Source: Nitrospirota bacterium | GTDB taxonomy: Bacteria; Nitrospirota; UBA9217 | Direction: 5' to 3' | Length of the DNA stretch: 64,000 nt | Assembly (NCBI GenBank): GCA_963826885.1 | Contig: CAWGYL010000009.1 | Coordinates: 172,176-236,175 of the forward strand | In this document: in pieces, positions 38,669-48,470 of the stretch | Numbering within the stretch: position 1 is the first letter of the stretch | Layout: the number at the start of each line of letters is the position of its first letter | Notes under the pieces: generated by a model | What the model was told of the DNA's origin: nothing | The model's input: the letters and a program-made list of their open reading frames with translations, nothing else | The model's database searches: none | Made by a program: the position numbers and the translations under genes

Positions 38669-40063
38669 TCATCTTGCAAGACCGCTGATACGATCCAAAT
38701 GTTTGGCAAGGTTCTGCGTAATCCATTTTCTGTCGAACTGCTGTTGGATCGCGGAACCATTTGCCGGTTCCGTCAAGGTTCCGTCAGACATCGATCGATA
38801 AATAAACTCTTTAATCCCATCGATATCGGCAGGATAAAAAGCCGTTCCCGCGCCCGTCGATGTGATCAGGTCCCATGTTGCGCCCTTCTCAGTCAAGGCT
38901 AGGATCTTCGTTCCCAGACCCATATAATCAAAAACTTTTGCTGGTATTTGAAAAGGCTGGCCTGGCGCAAAGAGCAAGGCCACATGGCTTTGCTTTATGA
39001 TTTCAAGGGCCTTGAAATAAGGGACCGTGTCCAGCACTTCCACGGCTGAATCGAGACCATACGCATGAATTACCCGGGATATCGGCTGGCCATCGATATG
39101 CTTGCAGCTCCCCACTAATTTAACCTTGACGTCTTGAAGATTGAGTTTTCCCTCCTGCACAAGTTCGTGAATTGCCTTGAAAGTTGGTTCCGGATTTCTC
39201 CCGATATAGAGCGTGCCCGCGTAAGTCAGAGTAAAGGTATCAAACTTTCTTAGGTGTTTTAGCTGCGCGGCAATCTCCGCATCAAAACCGTTCGTGATAT
39301 GGACGAACTTTGTTTCGGGCAGGTCAGCGTATGATTTCTTAAAATTGTCGCGAAGATTCTCGGTGGTCGTGAGAACCAGATCCGCCTTTTGTATCACCTG
39401 TTTTTCGAGCCATGTTTCAATCTTGGTGGACAGGGCCGAGGTCACATACAGTCGCCTGGGGCCGGAACTGACCCAGGGGTCCCGAAAATCCGCAACCCAT
39501 CTGACGCCGGTGACTATTTTCACCAGAAGGCCGATGAGATGAACCGAGTAGGGTGGAGAAGACGTCAAAATGCATCCGATGTTCTCTCGTTTTATTTCTC
39601 GAACAGCCCTGAATGTCGCCGGCAAAACCCAGTTCCGTTCGCCATCGGGCAGAGTGAGAAAGGAAACTATAAAACGTTTGATCTTATGACTTGTCTTTTC
39701 CGGCCCGGAAGATGTGTTATGCGATTGGCTATGGGTTCTTTCCAATTCCTCCACTGTAATCCGCCTCCTCTTGAGAAGGCTGTGATACAGGCTTTTCAGC
39801 TTTAAGTAGCCCTGCATGATCGTAGGAAGCTGACCCGCCTTGTAGATTTTTTCGACGTGTATGTCGTTTAATTTTCCCATATCCAGTTTTTCGATATATT
39901 TGTCCTTGATGGTGAGGACAGAGGTTTTCCAGCCAAAAAGAGGAAGATATTTTGCAAAGTGGACGATCCTCAGACCTCCCACCGCCATACTCGGCGGGAA
40001 ATGATAGGAGATCAATAATATTTTTTTCGTATTTGATTTTGATGGAATGCCGGTAGTTTTCAT
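38669..40063 (-). CDS. Glycosyltransferase family 4 (WbuB/CapK-like)
   Basis: LISYHFPP..GGLR, TSSPPYSVH, WVADFRDPW, IPAKVFDY. Confidence 0.88.
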   Translation of the reverse strand: MKTTGIPSKSNTKKILLISYHFPPSMAVGGLRIVHFAKYLPLFGWKTSVLTIKDKYIEKLDMGKLNDIHVEKIYKAGQLPTIMQGYLKLKSLYHSLLKRRRITVEELERTHSQSHNTSSGPEKTSHKIKRFIVSFLTLPDGERNWVLPATFRAVREIKRENIGCILTSSPPYSVHLIGLLVKIVTGVRWVADFRDPWVSSGPRRLYVTSALSTKIETWLEKQVIQKADLVLTTTENLRDNFKKSYADLPETKFVHITNGFDAEIAAQLKHLRKFDTFTLTYAGTLYIGRNPEPTFKAIHELVQEGKLNLQDVKVKLVGSCKHIDGQPISRVIHAYGLDSAVEVLDTVPYFKALEIIKQSHVALLFAPGQPFQIPAKVFDYMGLGTKILALTEKGATWDLITSTGAGTAFYPADIDGIKEFIYRSMSDGTLTEPANGSAIQQQFDRKWITQNLAKHLDRISGLAR

Positions 40064-40147
40064 CTATTATTGACGATGTTTAAAGAAACTTATAAAAAAG
40101 TCTTATTTGTGCCCCATAATTAACCGGGCGGTACCTCTGAGGTTCTC

Positions 40148-41005
40148 TCAGATCCTTGTGGTTTTGGATGCAAACACGAAATAGATCGTGTGTCCGTCAA
40201 CAAGTTTGGCGCCTTCCCATCTTCGGGCGACAATTTCTCCACCCGATTTTCTTACCATGGAATCGATATTGTGGATGAATGACTGATCACTTTCACGAGG
40301 TACCGAATGTTCAAGTCGGGCATTGTCGATGTCTGGATGGGCGAGACCTGAAAATCCCAACATAATATCGGTATGCCGCAGCATGATGTCGACGACACGA
40401 CTTGCCTCTTCCTCTTTCAAATACATGAGCACTCCCGTGCAGAGCATAATGTCATATCTTCTATTTTCCAGGAAACGCTCAAGCTCTTCCATATCAGCAG
40501 ACTGTAACCGGACTTTTGAACCTGCCTGCGTGAGGTATTCGGACCCGGTCCGGATTGCATGCGCATCGATATCGACGCCCTCTAACATAGAGGCTGCTGG
40601 AAAAACGTCCGTCTCCAGGTAGCGCAATTGATATCCCAACGAACAGCCGACTTCAAAAACAGATACGATGTCTTTTCGCGGGTCGAGAGACCGTCCAGTC
40701 AGGTGCTCCGTCAGGTCCGAAAAAAAGATCAAACGCGATTGTTTTATGTTCTCCCTGCCAAAGGTGGCGGCGACTTCATAAGGCGCGGCATAGGATAGAT
40801 GATGCGACCACAGGAATTTGTGATAGTCATTTATATTTTTCTCAGCCAAATCGTGGATAAGTTCCAACGACCACCAGGAACGACGGTTGCTGTCAAGCCA
40901 CTTCTGCTTATTCACCCAGAGGGAGAGGTGTTTGCGGACCGCCAGCGGAAGCAGGGAGCGAACACTCTTTTTAACCGTTGTCTTAATGGCTGCTGTCTTT
41001 GACAT
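40148..41005 (-). CDS. Class I SAM-dependent methyltransferase
   Basis: VFEVGCSLG, EGVDID, YDIMLCTGVLMYL. Confidence 0.85.
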   Translation of the reverse strand: MSKTAAIKTTVKKSVRSLLPLAVRKHLSLWVNKQKWLDSNRRSWWSLELIHDLAEKNINDYHKFLWSHHLSYAAPYEVAATFGRENIKQSRLIFFSDLTEHLTGRSLDPRKDIVSVFEVGCSLGYQLRYLETDVFPAASMLEGVDIDAHAIRTGSEYLTQAGSKVRLQSADMEELERFLENRRYDIMLCTGVLMYLKEEEASRVVDIMLRHTDIMLGFSGLAHPDIDNARLEHSVPRESDQSFIHNIDSMVRKSGGEIVARRWEGAKLVDGHTIYFVFASKTTRI

Positions 41006-42245
41006 GAGTTTTCTGCCTGTGCTTTTGACTATCGGTATTTTTATTCGCCCTGGTACGCCTCTTTCCCAACCAGACCGCTGATTTTTTCAGTAGCCGCGCA
41101 GTCATCAAGATAAACGGCATCGGGTCTTTCCAGCTGAACCATGCGCCTTCTTCCACCCCTTTGAACGACCGGAGCCAATCGCCAATCCCCAGCGAGCCTT
41201 CCTGGTAATAGTGGAGCGATGACACGATGTCGTAATTCTCGATCACCCATTTTCGCCCTTCTCGCGGGGGTCGCTTCAGTACCAGCTGGCCGGTCAAGTC
41301 TTTATATAAGGCCCTGACTACATCCATGCCGTCCTCTGCGACAAACAACCTGAACGCCTGCCCCACGCGGGGATTGATGTCGAGGACCTTATACTTCCCG
41401 TTGCGGGGGTCGAGCCGGTACCCGATGTCGAGTATACCCTTGTAGCCAACGGTCTTCATGAACGCGGTCGTAATGTCTGCCACCTCCTGGTTCCATTTAC
41501 AGATGCCGAGCGAAGCGCAACCCACATGGACGGGAAACTGGCGGATCTTGTGGCCGGTAAAGCCGGCGAGACACTCCGATTGTTCGTTAAAGTATCCGTT
41601 GAAAATGTAAATTTGATCGTCTCCCCCCGGAATATACTCCTGAATCATGAGGTTCGGCTGGTCGGGGTCCTCCAGTTCTTTATACGCCTCGACCAGCTCT
41701 TCTTTTGTATGTACGATCATCATTTTCACGCCGGTCCTGGCCTGGAGGCGGTTTCCCAAGATCCCCTTCAGCATCACAGGAAACGCCCCACCGTCGGCAT
41801 ACTCCTGCACATCCCGGAGTGTGCGGGGGAATACCGTGAATGCGGTGGGTACCCCGTGCCTGGTCGCGAGTTCGTACATGCCCTCTTTGCTCATGAGATC
41901 TTTCACGAGCCGGAGATCGTTTCGGGGAAAAAGGAAATACTCGCTCAGTTTATCGGCATATTCAGCGACAAAGACCGACAATTCGTCGGACGTCGGGATG
42001 AGGATCGCTTTTTTCTCCAGCTGTTTCCCGATGCGGATGACGAAATCCAGATATTCCTGCGGGCGTTGTTCGTCCAGTGCTTTGACGTATTTCCCCCGGC
42101 AATAACGGGAGGCGAACGCGGGTGCGTTCTTATCATCATCCACGCCGTACAGAGTCACCCCGAGACTTCCCAGGCTTCTCATGATCGCCAGAGCGCCGAT
42201 CTGGCAATTAAGGATGAGAACGGGCGTATTTTTTTCGTTGTCCAT
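40983..42245 (-). CDS. ATP-grasp carboxylate-amine ligase (D-aspartate-ligase-like)
   Basis: LIPTSD, PVMLKG, MIQEYIPG, DIGYRLDPRNGKYKVLDINPR. ATG 42245 preferred (track start 42272). Confidence 0.87.
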   Translation of the reverse strand: MDNEKNTPVLILNCQIGALAIMRSLGSLGVTLYGVDDDKNAPAFASRYCRGKYVKALDEQRPQEYLDFVIRIGKQLEKKAILIPTSDELSVFVAEYADKLSEYFLFPRNDLRLVKDLMSKEGMYELATRHGVPTAFTVFPRTLRDVQEYADGGAFPVMLKGILGNRLQARTGVKMMIVHTKEELVEAYKELEDPDQPNLMIQEYIPGGDDQIYIFNGYFNEQSECLAGFTGHKIRQFPVHVGCASLGICKWNQEVADITTAFMKTVGYKGILDIGYRLDPRNGKYKVLDINPRVGQAFRLFVAEDGMDVVRALYKDLTGQLVLKRPPREGRKWVIENYDIVSSLHYYQEGSLGIGDWLRSFKGVEEGAWFSWKDPMPFILMTARLLKKSAVWLGKRRTRANKNTDSQKHRQKTHVKDSSH

Positions 42246-42289
42246 GAAAACACCTTGATGGAAAATCGTCAAATTGATTGAATAATAAA

Positions 42290-43021
42290 TTAAACAGCAG
42301 GTTTTAAAACGGTCCCCGCCAGCCGGATCAACTCGTTGTTCACGAGGCTGGGCACAACATCAAGATCGTCAATGTGATGAAGGGTAAATTCAAGATCCTG
42401 CTCTTGTCCGGACTTCCGAAGATACGCGGCGCTCCTGCCGCCGCGGACTTCCTCGGGGCTGACACCGCGCCATCTGGCGATATATTGGTCTGTTTCGGGC
42501 GTTTCCGCTCGATATCCACAGCTCACGAGCCGTTCTGCCACCCATGCGCACCCCATCTGGTCTTCCCTCCTGAACTGCCCGCGCGTCCCCGCCCCGAGAA
42601 TCGCGACCCGGTCATGTTTTCCTGCGATATAGCCGGCGACGGCCGACAGGTTTCTTAAACACGCAATATACACGGCTGGCCCACCCGCCGCGTTCATCAA
42701 GAGCTGCGTACCCGAAGACGACACAAGAACCATGGGACGGTGGATATCCGTGCGTTGAGCGATTTGCGCAGGACTGTTTGTCACATCAAAACCATAGGGC
42801 ATGTTTCCGCCCAGTTCGCCGACAAGAAGCGGATTCTCCAGGCACGATGCACGCTCGGCGGCTTCGTCGGTTGTTCTCGCAGGAAAAATTCGTCTTCCAA
42901 GACTGACTGCCGTCGTCGCGGTCGTGGTTGCACGGATGACATCGATTACAACGATTGCATAAAACTCTTTGTAGCGTAACGCACTATCTGGAAAACAATC
43001 GATGACTACTGATCCTTTCAA
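42290..43021 (-). CDS. comB: 2-phosphosulfolactate phosphatase
   Basis: VVIDVIRATTT, GELGG, NSP, SSSGT (normally TTNGT), EDQMGCA. AAGGAGG RBS before TTG 43021. Confidence 0.9.
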   Translation of the reverse strand: MKGSVVIDCFPDSALRYKEFYAIVVIDVIRATTTATTAVSLGRRIFPARTTDEAAERASCLENPLLVGELGGNMPYGFDVTNSPAQIAQRTDIHRPMVLVSSSGTQLLMNAAGGPAVYIACLRNLSAVAGYIAGKHDRVAILGAGTRGQFRREDQMGCAWVAERLVSCGYRAETPETDQYIARWRGVSPEEVRGGRSAAYLRKSGQEQDLEFTLHHIDDLDVVPSLVNNELIRLAGTVLKPAV

Positions 43022-43103
43022 AATGACCACCTCCTTGAAGCGTACTGCCTGGAGACCCACGGTGACATGATCGTCGCGCGCCAGAGACGTTTCATTCCTC
43101 TCC

Positions 43104-44234
43104 TCACGACATACCCCGGTCCAGCAGATATGCAAGAACGGTCACCGCCGGCTGTATATCATCCGTACGATTATACGCATTATGGCTGCTCGATATGTAA
43201 TGGTGATGCATTCCCGGATTGCTGTTGATCTCATTGATGACTCCGCCGCTCTGCTCAAGCGGTACGGTGGGATCGAGCGTTATGACATCAACACCCGTAA
43301 ATTTTGAATGCAGAAGACAGGCCGCACGTTCCGCCTGCTGCCGAAGCTCCTTGCAGATAAGGTGCGTCACGACTTCGTTATAGATCGTCCGCACCTCAAC
43401 ATGTTTCTCGCCAGGACGTTCATGGCTCTGAACTAGTACCTCCTGCCCGCCTGGCAGCACGGATTGAAAGGTAAGTCCTTGCCGGGACAGCGTAGCAGAC
43501 ATATCTCGGTTCCAGGTGATCGGTCCGAAGGCATTCGCTGGCTTTTTTCCGCGCCCCCGTTCGTTCTCTCTCTTAACAAGCTCCGCAATGGTCGATCGCT
43601 CGTCCCCCCGCACGCGCACACCCCTACGTCGGACAGCATGAATCATCCTCCCATTCAAAACAAGAAGACGGTAGCATTCACCGGGCACGAGGTCCTCAAG
43701 AATGATCGTGCTGCTGTAAAGAGAGGCAAGAGCTATCGCGTTCCTGCATTCCCGCTTTGTCCGGACATGCGTAGTGACACCCATTCCGGCACTCGTCTCC
43801 AGGGCTGGTTTAACGACAAAATAACTTTTTCTCCCGTTTAAAAACTGCCACGCCCGGTCCAGCTCGTCTGGCCGAAAGATCACGTGGTCCGGCACTGGAA
43901 TCTTCTCACGCCTTAGGATGTCATAGCAAAATGGTTTATTTCCCGCGAGATTGTCGATAACTGCATCATCCAGCTGGATCCTATGGATGTTAATATATGT
44001 TTTTGATTCGCCGCGACGAACCTCCCAGATGCCTTCAGCGAGCTCTGAGAACTGCGCTGAGAGCCTGGCTGCCGCAGCTTCCCATAACTGTCGGTAAAAC
44101 GGGATGCGGTCCCACACATACACTGTCTGTGTCCGACCCCAAAGCCGCGACGCCATGATGCCGAGACGCTTTTTCATGCGTAATGTGGAGAAAGCTAATT
44201 TTTCTCTATGAGAGGGAGAGCATGTTGTCATCAA
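43104..44234 (-). CDS. Stand-alone cyanophycin-synthetase-like ATP-grasp ligase
   Basis: VVKP..TSAGMGVT, EDLVPGECYRLLV, VRGDERSTIAEL, GVDVIT, GGVINEINSNPG; no Mur-ligase half. Start may be 44177. Confidence 0.85.
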   Translation of the reverse strand: MMTTCSPSHREKLAFSTLRMKKRLGIMASRLWGRTQTVYVWDRIPFYRQLWEAAAARLSAQFSELAEGIWEVRRGESKTYINIHRIQLDDAVIDNLAGNKPFCYDILRREKIPVPDHVIFRPDELDRAWQFLNGRKSYFVVKPALETSAGMGVTTHVRTKRECRNAIALASLYSSTIILEDLVPGECYRLLVLNGRMIHAVRRRGVRVRGDERSTIAELVKRENERGRGKKPANAFGPITWNRDMSATLSRQGLTFQSVLPGGQEVLVQSHERPGEKHVEVRTIYNEVVTHLICKELRQQAERAACLLHSKFTGVDVITLDPTVPLEQSGGVINEINSNPGMHHHYISSSHNAYNRTDDIQPAVTVLAYLLDRGMS

Positions 44235-44424
44235 AAAAATGTGGTACAGAAAATTCTATTCACTGTTCCTGTATTTGGTGATTGGACCTCATGCGAAGCA
44301 CGCTTGTACTACATTGAAAATGCAGTCCGGTCCATGCAGCTATTCCCACTTTTCCGTAAACGGCTGTATCAAGGTAATGTTTATGCCTGCCGGCCATGAT
44401 CATGTATTCACTTGTAGTGCAGGA

Positions 44425-45228
44425 TCACTGTGGGCCCTTCGGCCTTAAATTGTCATGCTGAAAGGCATCCGAATGGAGTCCCCGACGATAAATTTCCACC
44501 CGGAGAAGCTCCTCGATTCGCACATTGCTCAGATGAACTTCCGGGCCGAAGTGGTTCAGGAGCGCAAACTGGCTCGGTTTGTTCGGTGCTTCAAAGATTG
44601 CAACATCAAGGCCGAAGGCGTGGGCAAACCGGTCCGCTGAATTCGGATCGAATTCTCCCTTGGTGCCGAAAACACCGATGTCCTGTGCGTTTTCCCTGGC
44701 TTCCACGACGATTTGCTTCGCCCCGACATCGAGCCACTTTTTCCCCTGGTCGATCAATTCGCCGACGACATCTGCGGTGAAGGTGCCGTCATGTTTTTTG
44801 CCTACTTCAAATTGCACTTCCAGTCCACGCTCATCGGCCATCTTTATGACCTCTTCGGGTCTATAGCGCAAATCCGTAAAACCTTCGCCAGCCTCGATCC
44901 GGTTCATCCCGATGTCTGCGCACAAGTCCAGATATTCGGCAAGCTTTCCGAACGTGGCTGCGACTTCAAAGGGACCGCCGCCGGTGCATACACAAACACC
45001 CATACGGCGCGCCGCATCAACTTTGCGTCGAGTAGATTTCTCATTGGCGATTTGCCAGCAGGCCATGGAAATCTTGAGCGTATCTATCAGGTGCGCGCTC
45101 TGTTCGAGGTGGCTCTCCAGTGTCAGAGGGTCATATCCGGGATCAAAGGGAGACGTGCGCGGCGTCATGTCGGGGACCCCGATATGGTGCAAATAATCCT
45201 GCGTGCTAAGGGCTTTTTTTCTTATCAT
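44425..45228 (-). CDS. comA: Phosphosulfolactate synthase
   Basis: IDTLKI, TGGGPFE, FEVGKK, IVVEARE, IFEAPNK, FGPEVHLSNV, RRGLHSD; full ComA TIM-barrel motif order. Confidence 0.92.
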   Translation of the reverse strand: MIRKKALSTQDYLHHIGVPDMTPRTSPFDPGYDPLTLESHLEQSAHLIDTLKISMACWQIANEKSTRRKVDAARRMGVCVCTGGGPFEVAATFGKLAEYLDLCADIGMNRIEAGEGFTDLRYRPEEVIKMADERGLEVQFEVGKKHDGTFTADVVGELIDQGKKWLDVGAKQIVVEARENAQDIGVFGTKGEFDPNSADRFAHAFGLDVAIFEAPNKPSQFALLNHFGPEVHLSNVRIEELLRVEIYRRGLHSDAFQHDNLRPKGPQ

Positions 45229-45288
45229 GGGAGTACTCCTTTCCAACGTTGTTTTCTCGTGATTATGGAGATAGGTTCCATCGAGTGA

Positions 45289-46443
45289 TCACCTTTTGGC
45301 CGGCGACCAAGTGGTATACGTTCTTCCTCTCGCAAATTGCACCCAACCACTTAGGATGGCTGCATTCATTGCTACGAAGGTATAGCAGATCGAGTTCAGT
45401 GTAGAAAAAACCGTGGAGCGCTTCCGGGAGTGACCCACCCAGGCGGAGATATAGCAGGTCAATTGCGCCAGGAGCAGTACGTTATATACCGTTCCGCTGT
45501 TCATGAGGGCCACATTGCAACATGCAAGAGACAGGAGAAAAAAGGGCGTTAGGAATTTGGCTATCTTATGGGAAAATAGTTCAAAAGAAAAAAATCCGTA
45601 TTGCAGGGGGTTCAGCAGTGCTGCATTGTTGTAAATTGCCCGGAGCGCACGATTGGTGATCCTGACCTGCCTTCCGAACTCGCCTTTTTGACTCCCCGCA
45701 GTTTTCTCCACGCAGAAGGCGTTTTCTTCCAAAACCCCCCGAAATCCCTGTTCGATGATCTTCAGGGGGATGACCAGATCGTTGATATCCGTATTACGCA
45801 AGGGTTTATACAGATGTCTTCGAATGGCGAAAATCGCTCCGTCCGCACCCACGCAGGAGCCGATTCTGCTTTCCGATTTTTTCGTCATCTTCTCGATTTT
45901 TGCATAGATTCCGACAGATGCCGCGACCTCGTCCACTCCCTGTTCGGCATATTTTGTATACCCGGACGCGAATCCGATCCGTTCATCGGCAAAGTTTGCC
46001 ACCAGATTTTTTATGGCGTCCCTGTCATAGAATGAATTTGCATCTGAAAAAACGATGATATCACCGCAGGCGGAGGCAACGGCATGATTCAGGCATGCAG
46101 TTTTCCCGATTCTTCCTTCATGATAGTTCAGCACTGCACCCTGCTTTTCATATGACTTCACGATGTCGTTGGTCCTGTCATCGGAGCCGTCGGATACGAC
46201 CATGATTTCCAGTAAATCTTTCGGATACTGTATTGAAAACGAATTGATCAGCTTGTCTTCTATGACGGCTTCTTCATTGTATGCCGAGATGAGGAGCGAT
46301 ACTTTCGGTAAGGAAGGCTTCTCACCTTCCCGGCGTCTGGCCGGGAACAGGGATGCGATCAACCAGATGAAGACCGGATACCCCGCATAGGCATACACTA
46401 CGAAGCCTGCAGAAAGCCAAAAAAGTGTTTTTATTGCGTCCAT
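45289..46443 (-). CDS. Glycosyltransferase family 2
   Basis: ISAYNEE, VSDGSDD, IGKTACLN, FSDANS, GADGAIFAIR, INDL. Confidence 0.92.
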   Translation of the reverse strand: MDAIKTLFWLSAGFVVYAYAGYPVFIWLIASLFPARRREGEKPSLPKVSLLISAYNEEAVIEDKLINSFSIQYPKDLLEIMVVSDGSDDRTNDIVKSYEKQGAVLNYHEGRIGKTACLNHAVASACGDIIVFSDANSFYDRDAIKNLVANFADERIGFASGYTKYAEQGVDEVAASVGIYAKIEKMTKKSESRIGSCVGADGAIFAIRRHLYKPLRNTDINDLVIPLKIIEQGFRGVLEENAFCVEKTAGSQKGEFGRQVRITNRALRAIYNNAALLNPLQYGFFSFELFSHKIAKFLTPFFLLSLACCNVALMNSGTVYNVLLLAQLTCYISAWVGHSRKRSTVFSTLNSICYTFVAMNAAILSGWVQFARGRTYTTWSPAKR

Positions 46444-46490
46444 ATGGATACTAGATCATCCTGACAGCGGAATAGTACCGGCATGCCCGT

Positions 46491-48389
46491 TCACGACATG
46501 TAAAGGTCGTGCCACGTCTGAAACATTACGAGTGACCAGATCAGCGTATCATTGATTTCCCGTCCGCTGTAATGATCCGTCAGGATATTTTCTACCGTGT
46601 TTTCATTGAATAAACCGTGTTTTCCTAAATTCTTTTTTGACAATGTACTCAGTGTCAATTCCTTCAAATGCGTTTGAAGCCACCGTGTCATGGGACCGAC
46701 GAAACCCTGCTTCCGATGATTGAGAATGGCTTTCGGCAATAATCCGGCGACGCCCTTTTTGAGAAGATATTTTTTCCGATGCCATTTTATCTTCAGCTCG
46801 GGTGGAATCGTCGCGCAATATTCGACCAGTTTGTAATCGAGGAAAGGAACCCTTACCTCCAGGGAATGATGCATGCTCAACCGGTCGGTGCACGCCAGGA
46901 TATCTTCTGGAAGATAGGTTTTGATATCGCAGTAAAACACCTTGTTGAGGGGATCGTCCGCCCGCGCGGAATCGAACAGTTCGGTATACTTTTTTTCTAC
47001 GGTCTCCAGCGCCCCTGCATATTGTTTGCCCTGCGTGGAAAAAAACGCGTCCTTATATCGCTTGTTCAGTTTGGATATGAAGCCGAAATATCTCTCTGCA
47101 TGGTTCGAGGATGAGGACCTGACGAAGCGTTTCATATGGTTCACGGTGTAATTCCCGGAAGACGATTCCGGCATCCATTCGATTAACCTTCTCACTATAT
47201 TTTCTCTTACTAATCCGGGAATTTTATTGTATACCTGGCTCATCTGAAAACCAAGATAGCGCTCATACCCGCAAAACATTTCGTCCCCGCCCAGCCCGGA
47301 CAGAGCAACGGTCACATTCTTTCGCGCCATTTGAGACACGAAATATGAGGGAATGACGGAATCATCCGCAAAAGGCTCATCAAAGGACCGGACAATCCGT
47401 TCCAGCAATCCTTCCACCTCTGGCTGGACCTCATGCTCCCGGTGTCTAGTGTTATATCTCTCGGCAACAAGCCTGGCATACTTGCGTTCGTCATCGAACC
47501 CGCCGATATTCCCCCCGAACCCGATGGTAAAGGTGTTTACCGGTCCATTATTTGCGCGGCTCATGAGTGCTACAACCGCGCTTGAATCAATCCCACCGCT
47601 CAAAAAAGCCCCGAGCGGCACATCGCTCATGAGCTGCATCTTGACCGATTCATCCAGCAATTCCATGCATTCGTGGATAAAATCATCTTCGCTTTTATGT
47701 CGGTTCGGTTCGAAGGACAGGTCCCAGTACTGTTGTATACGCACACGCCCTTGGGCGTATACCAGCACGTGCCCCGGCGACAGTCGTTTTATGTTCTTAT
47801 AGATGGTTAGAGGTGCGGGAATATACGAGAATGTAAAATACGAGCTGAGTGCCTCTTCATCGATTGCGCGGACGAATCGCGGATCGGCAAGAATCGATTT
47901 CATTTCCGACGAAAAGACGAAGGTGCCGTTATACTGCGCGAAAAACAGGGGCTTTTCTCCCAACCTATCCCGAGCAAGGAGCATTTTCTGCGCCCGCGAG
48001 TCCCATATGCAGAAGGCGAACATGCCTCGCAACTTTTCCACACATTTTTCACCCCACTCTTCATAGGCATGGACGATGGTTTCCGTATCGCTCGAGGATG
48101 AAAAGAGGTGGCCTTTTTGTACGAGATCTGCTTTGATTTCCTGATAATTGTAAATTTCTCCGTTGAAGACGATGCAGATACTTTTATCCTCATTAAAGAT
48201 CGGTTGTTGACCGGTTTTTAAGTCTATAATGCTCAACCGTCTGTGGCCAAGGGCAATATTGTTGCCGACATAATACCCCCGGTCATCCGGCCCCCGGTGT
48301 TTTAGACACGTGGCCATCGTCGTGATGAATTGAGACAACTCATCATGCGGCTTTCCCCGTTCGCTGTATAATCCGACAATCCCGCACAT
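46491..48389 (-). CDS. asnB: Asparagine synthase (glutamine-hydrolysing)-type amidotransferase
   Basis: N-terminal MCGIVG, HRGPD, LGHRRLSIID, FNGEIYN, LSGGIDSS, LSGLGGDE, EVRVPFLD. Confidence 0.95.
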   Translation of the reverse strand: MCGIVGLYSERGKPHDELSQFITTMATCLKHRGPDDRGYYVGNNIALGHRRLSIIDLKTGQQPIFNEDKSICIVFNGEIYNYQEIKADLVQKGHLFSSSSDTETIVHAYEEWGEKCVEKLRGMFAFCIWDSRAQKMLLARDRLGEKPLFFAQYNGTFVFSSEMKSILADPRFVRAIDEEALSSYFTFSYIPAPLTIYKNIKRLSPGHVLVYAQGRVRIQQYWDLSFEPNRHKSEDDFIHECMELLDESVKMQLMSDVPLGAFLSGGIDSSAVVALMSRANNGPVNTFTIGFGGNIGGFDDERKYARLVAERYNTRHREHEVQPEVEGLLERIVRSFDEPFADDSVIPSYFVSQMARKNVTVALSGLGGDEMFCGYERYLGFQMSQVYNKIPGLVRENIVRRLIEWMPESSSGNYTVNHMKRFVRSSSSNHAERYFGFISKLNKRYKDAFFSTQGKQYAGALETVEKKYTELFDSARADDPLNKVFYCDIKTYLPEDILACTDRLSMHHSLEVRVPFLDYKLVEYCATIPPELKIKWHRKKYLLKKGVAGLLPKAILNHRKQGFVGPMTRWLQTHLKELTLSTLSKKNLGKHGLFNENTVENILTDHYSGREINDTLIWSLVMFQTWHDLYMS

Positions 48390-48470
48390 ACTCTTCCAGC
48401 CTATCGCAAGTCCGATGACTTCCAGTTCTTGAAGCCTATCGTTTGAGTGATCGTGATTCTATCCAGATGT

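Noticed and set aside
42290-45228. Reading comA/comB as evidence of coenzyme M biosynthesis
   Set aside because: No comC or comDE and no methanogenesis or alkene-metabolism genes in the window; the context is polysaccharide synthesis.
41526-45288. Long plus-strand ORFs antisense to the ATP-grasp and comA genes (41526-42281, 44713-45288) and similar shadow ORFs elsewhere
   Set aside because: They lie wholly opposite well-supported genes in GC-richer regions and have no recognisable motifs.
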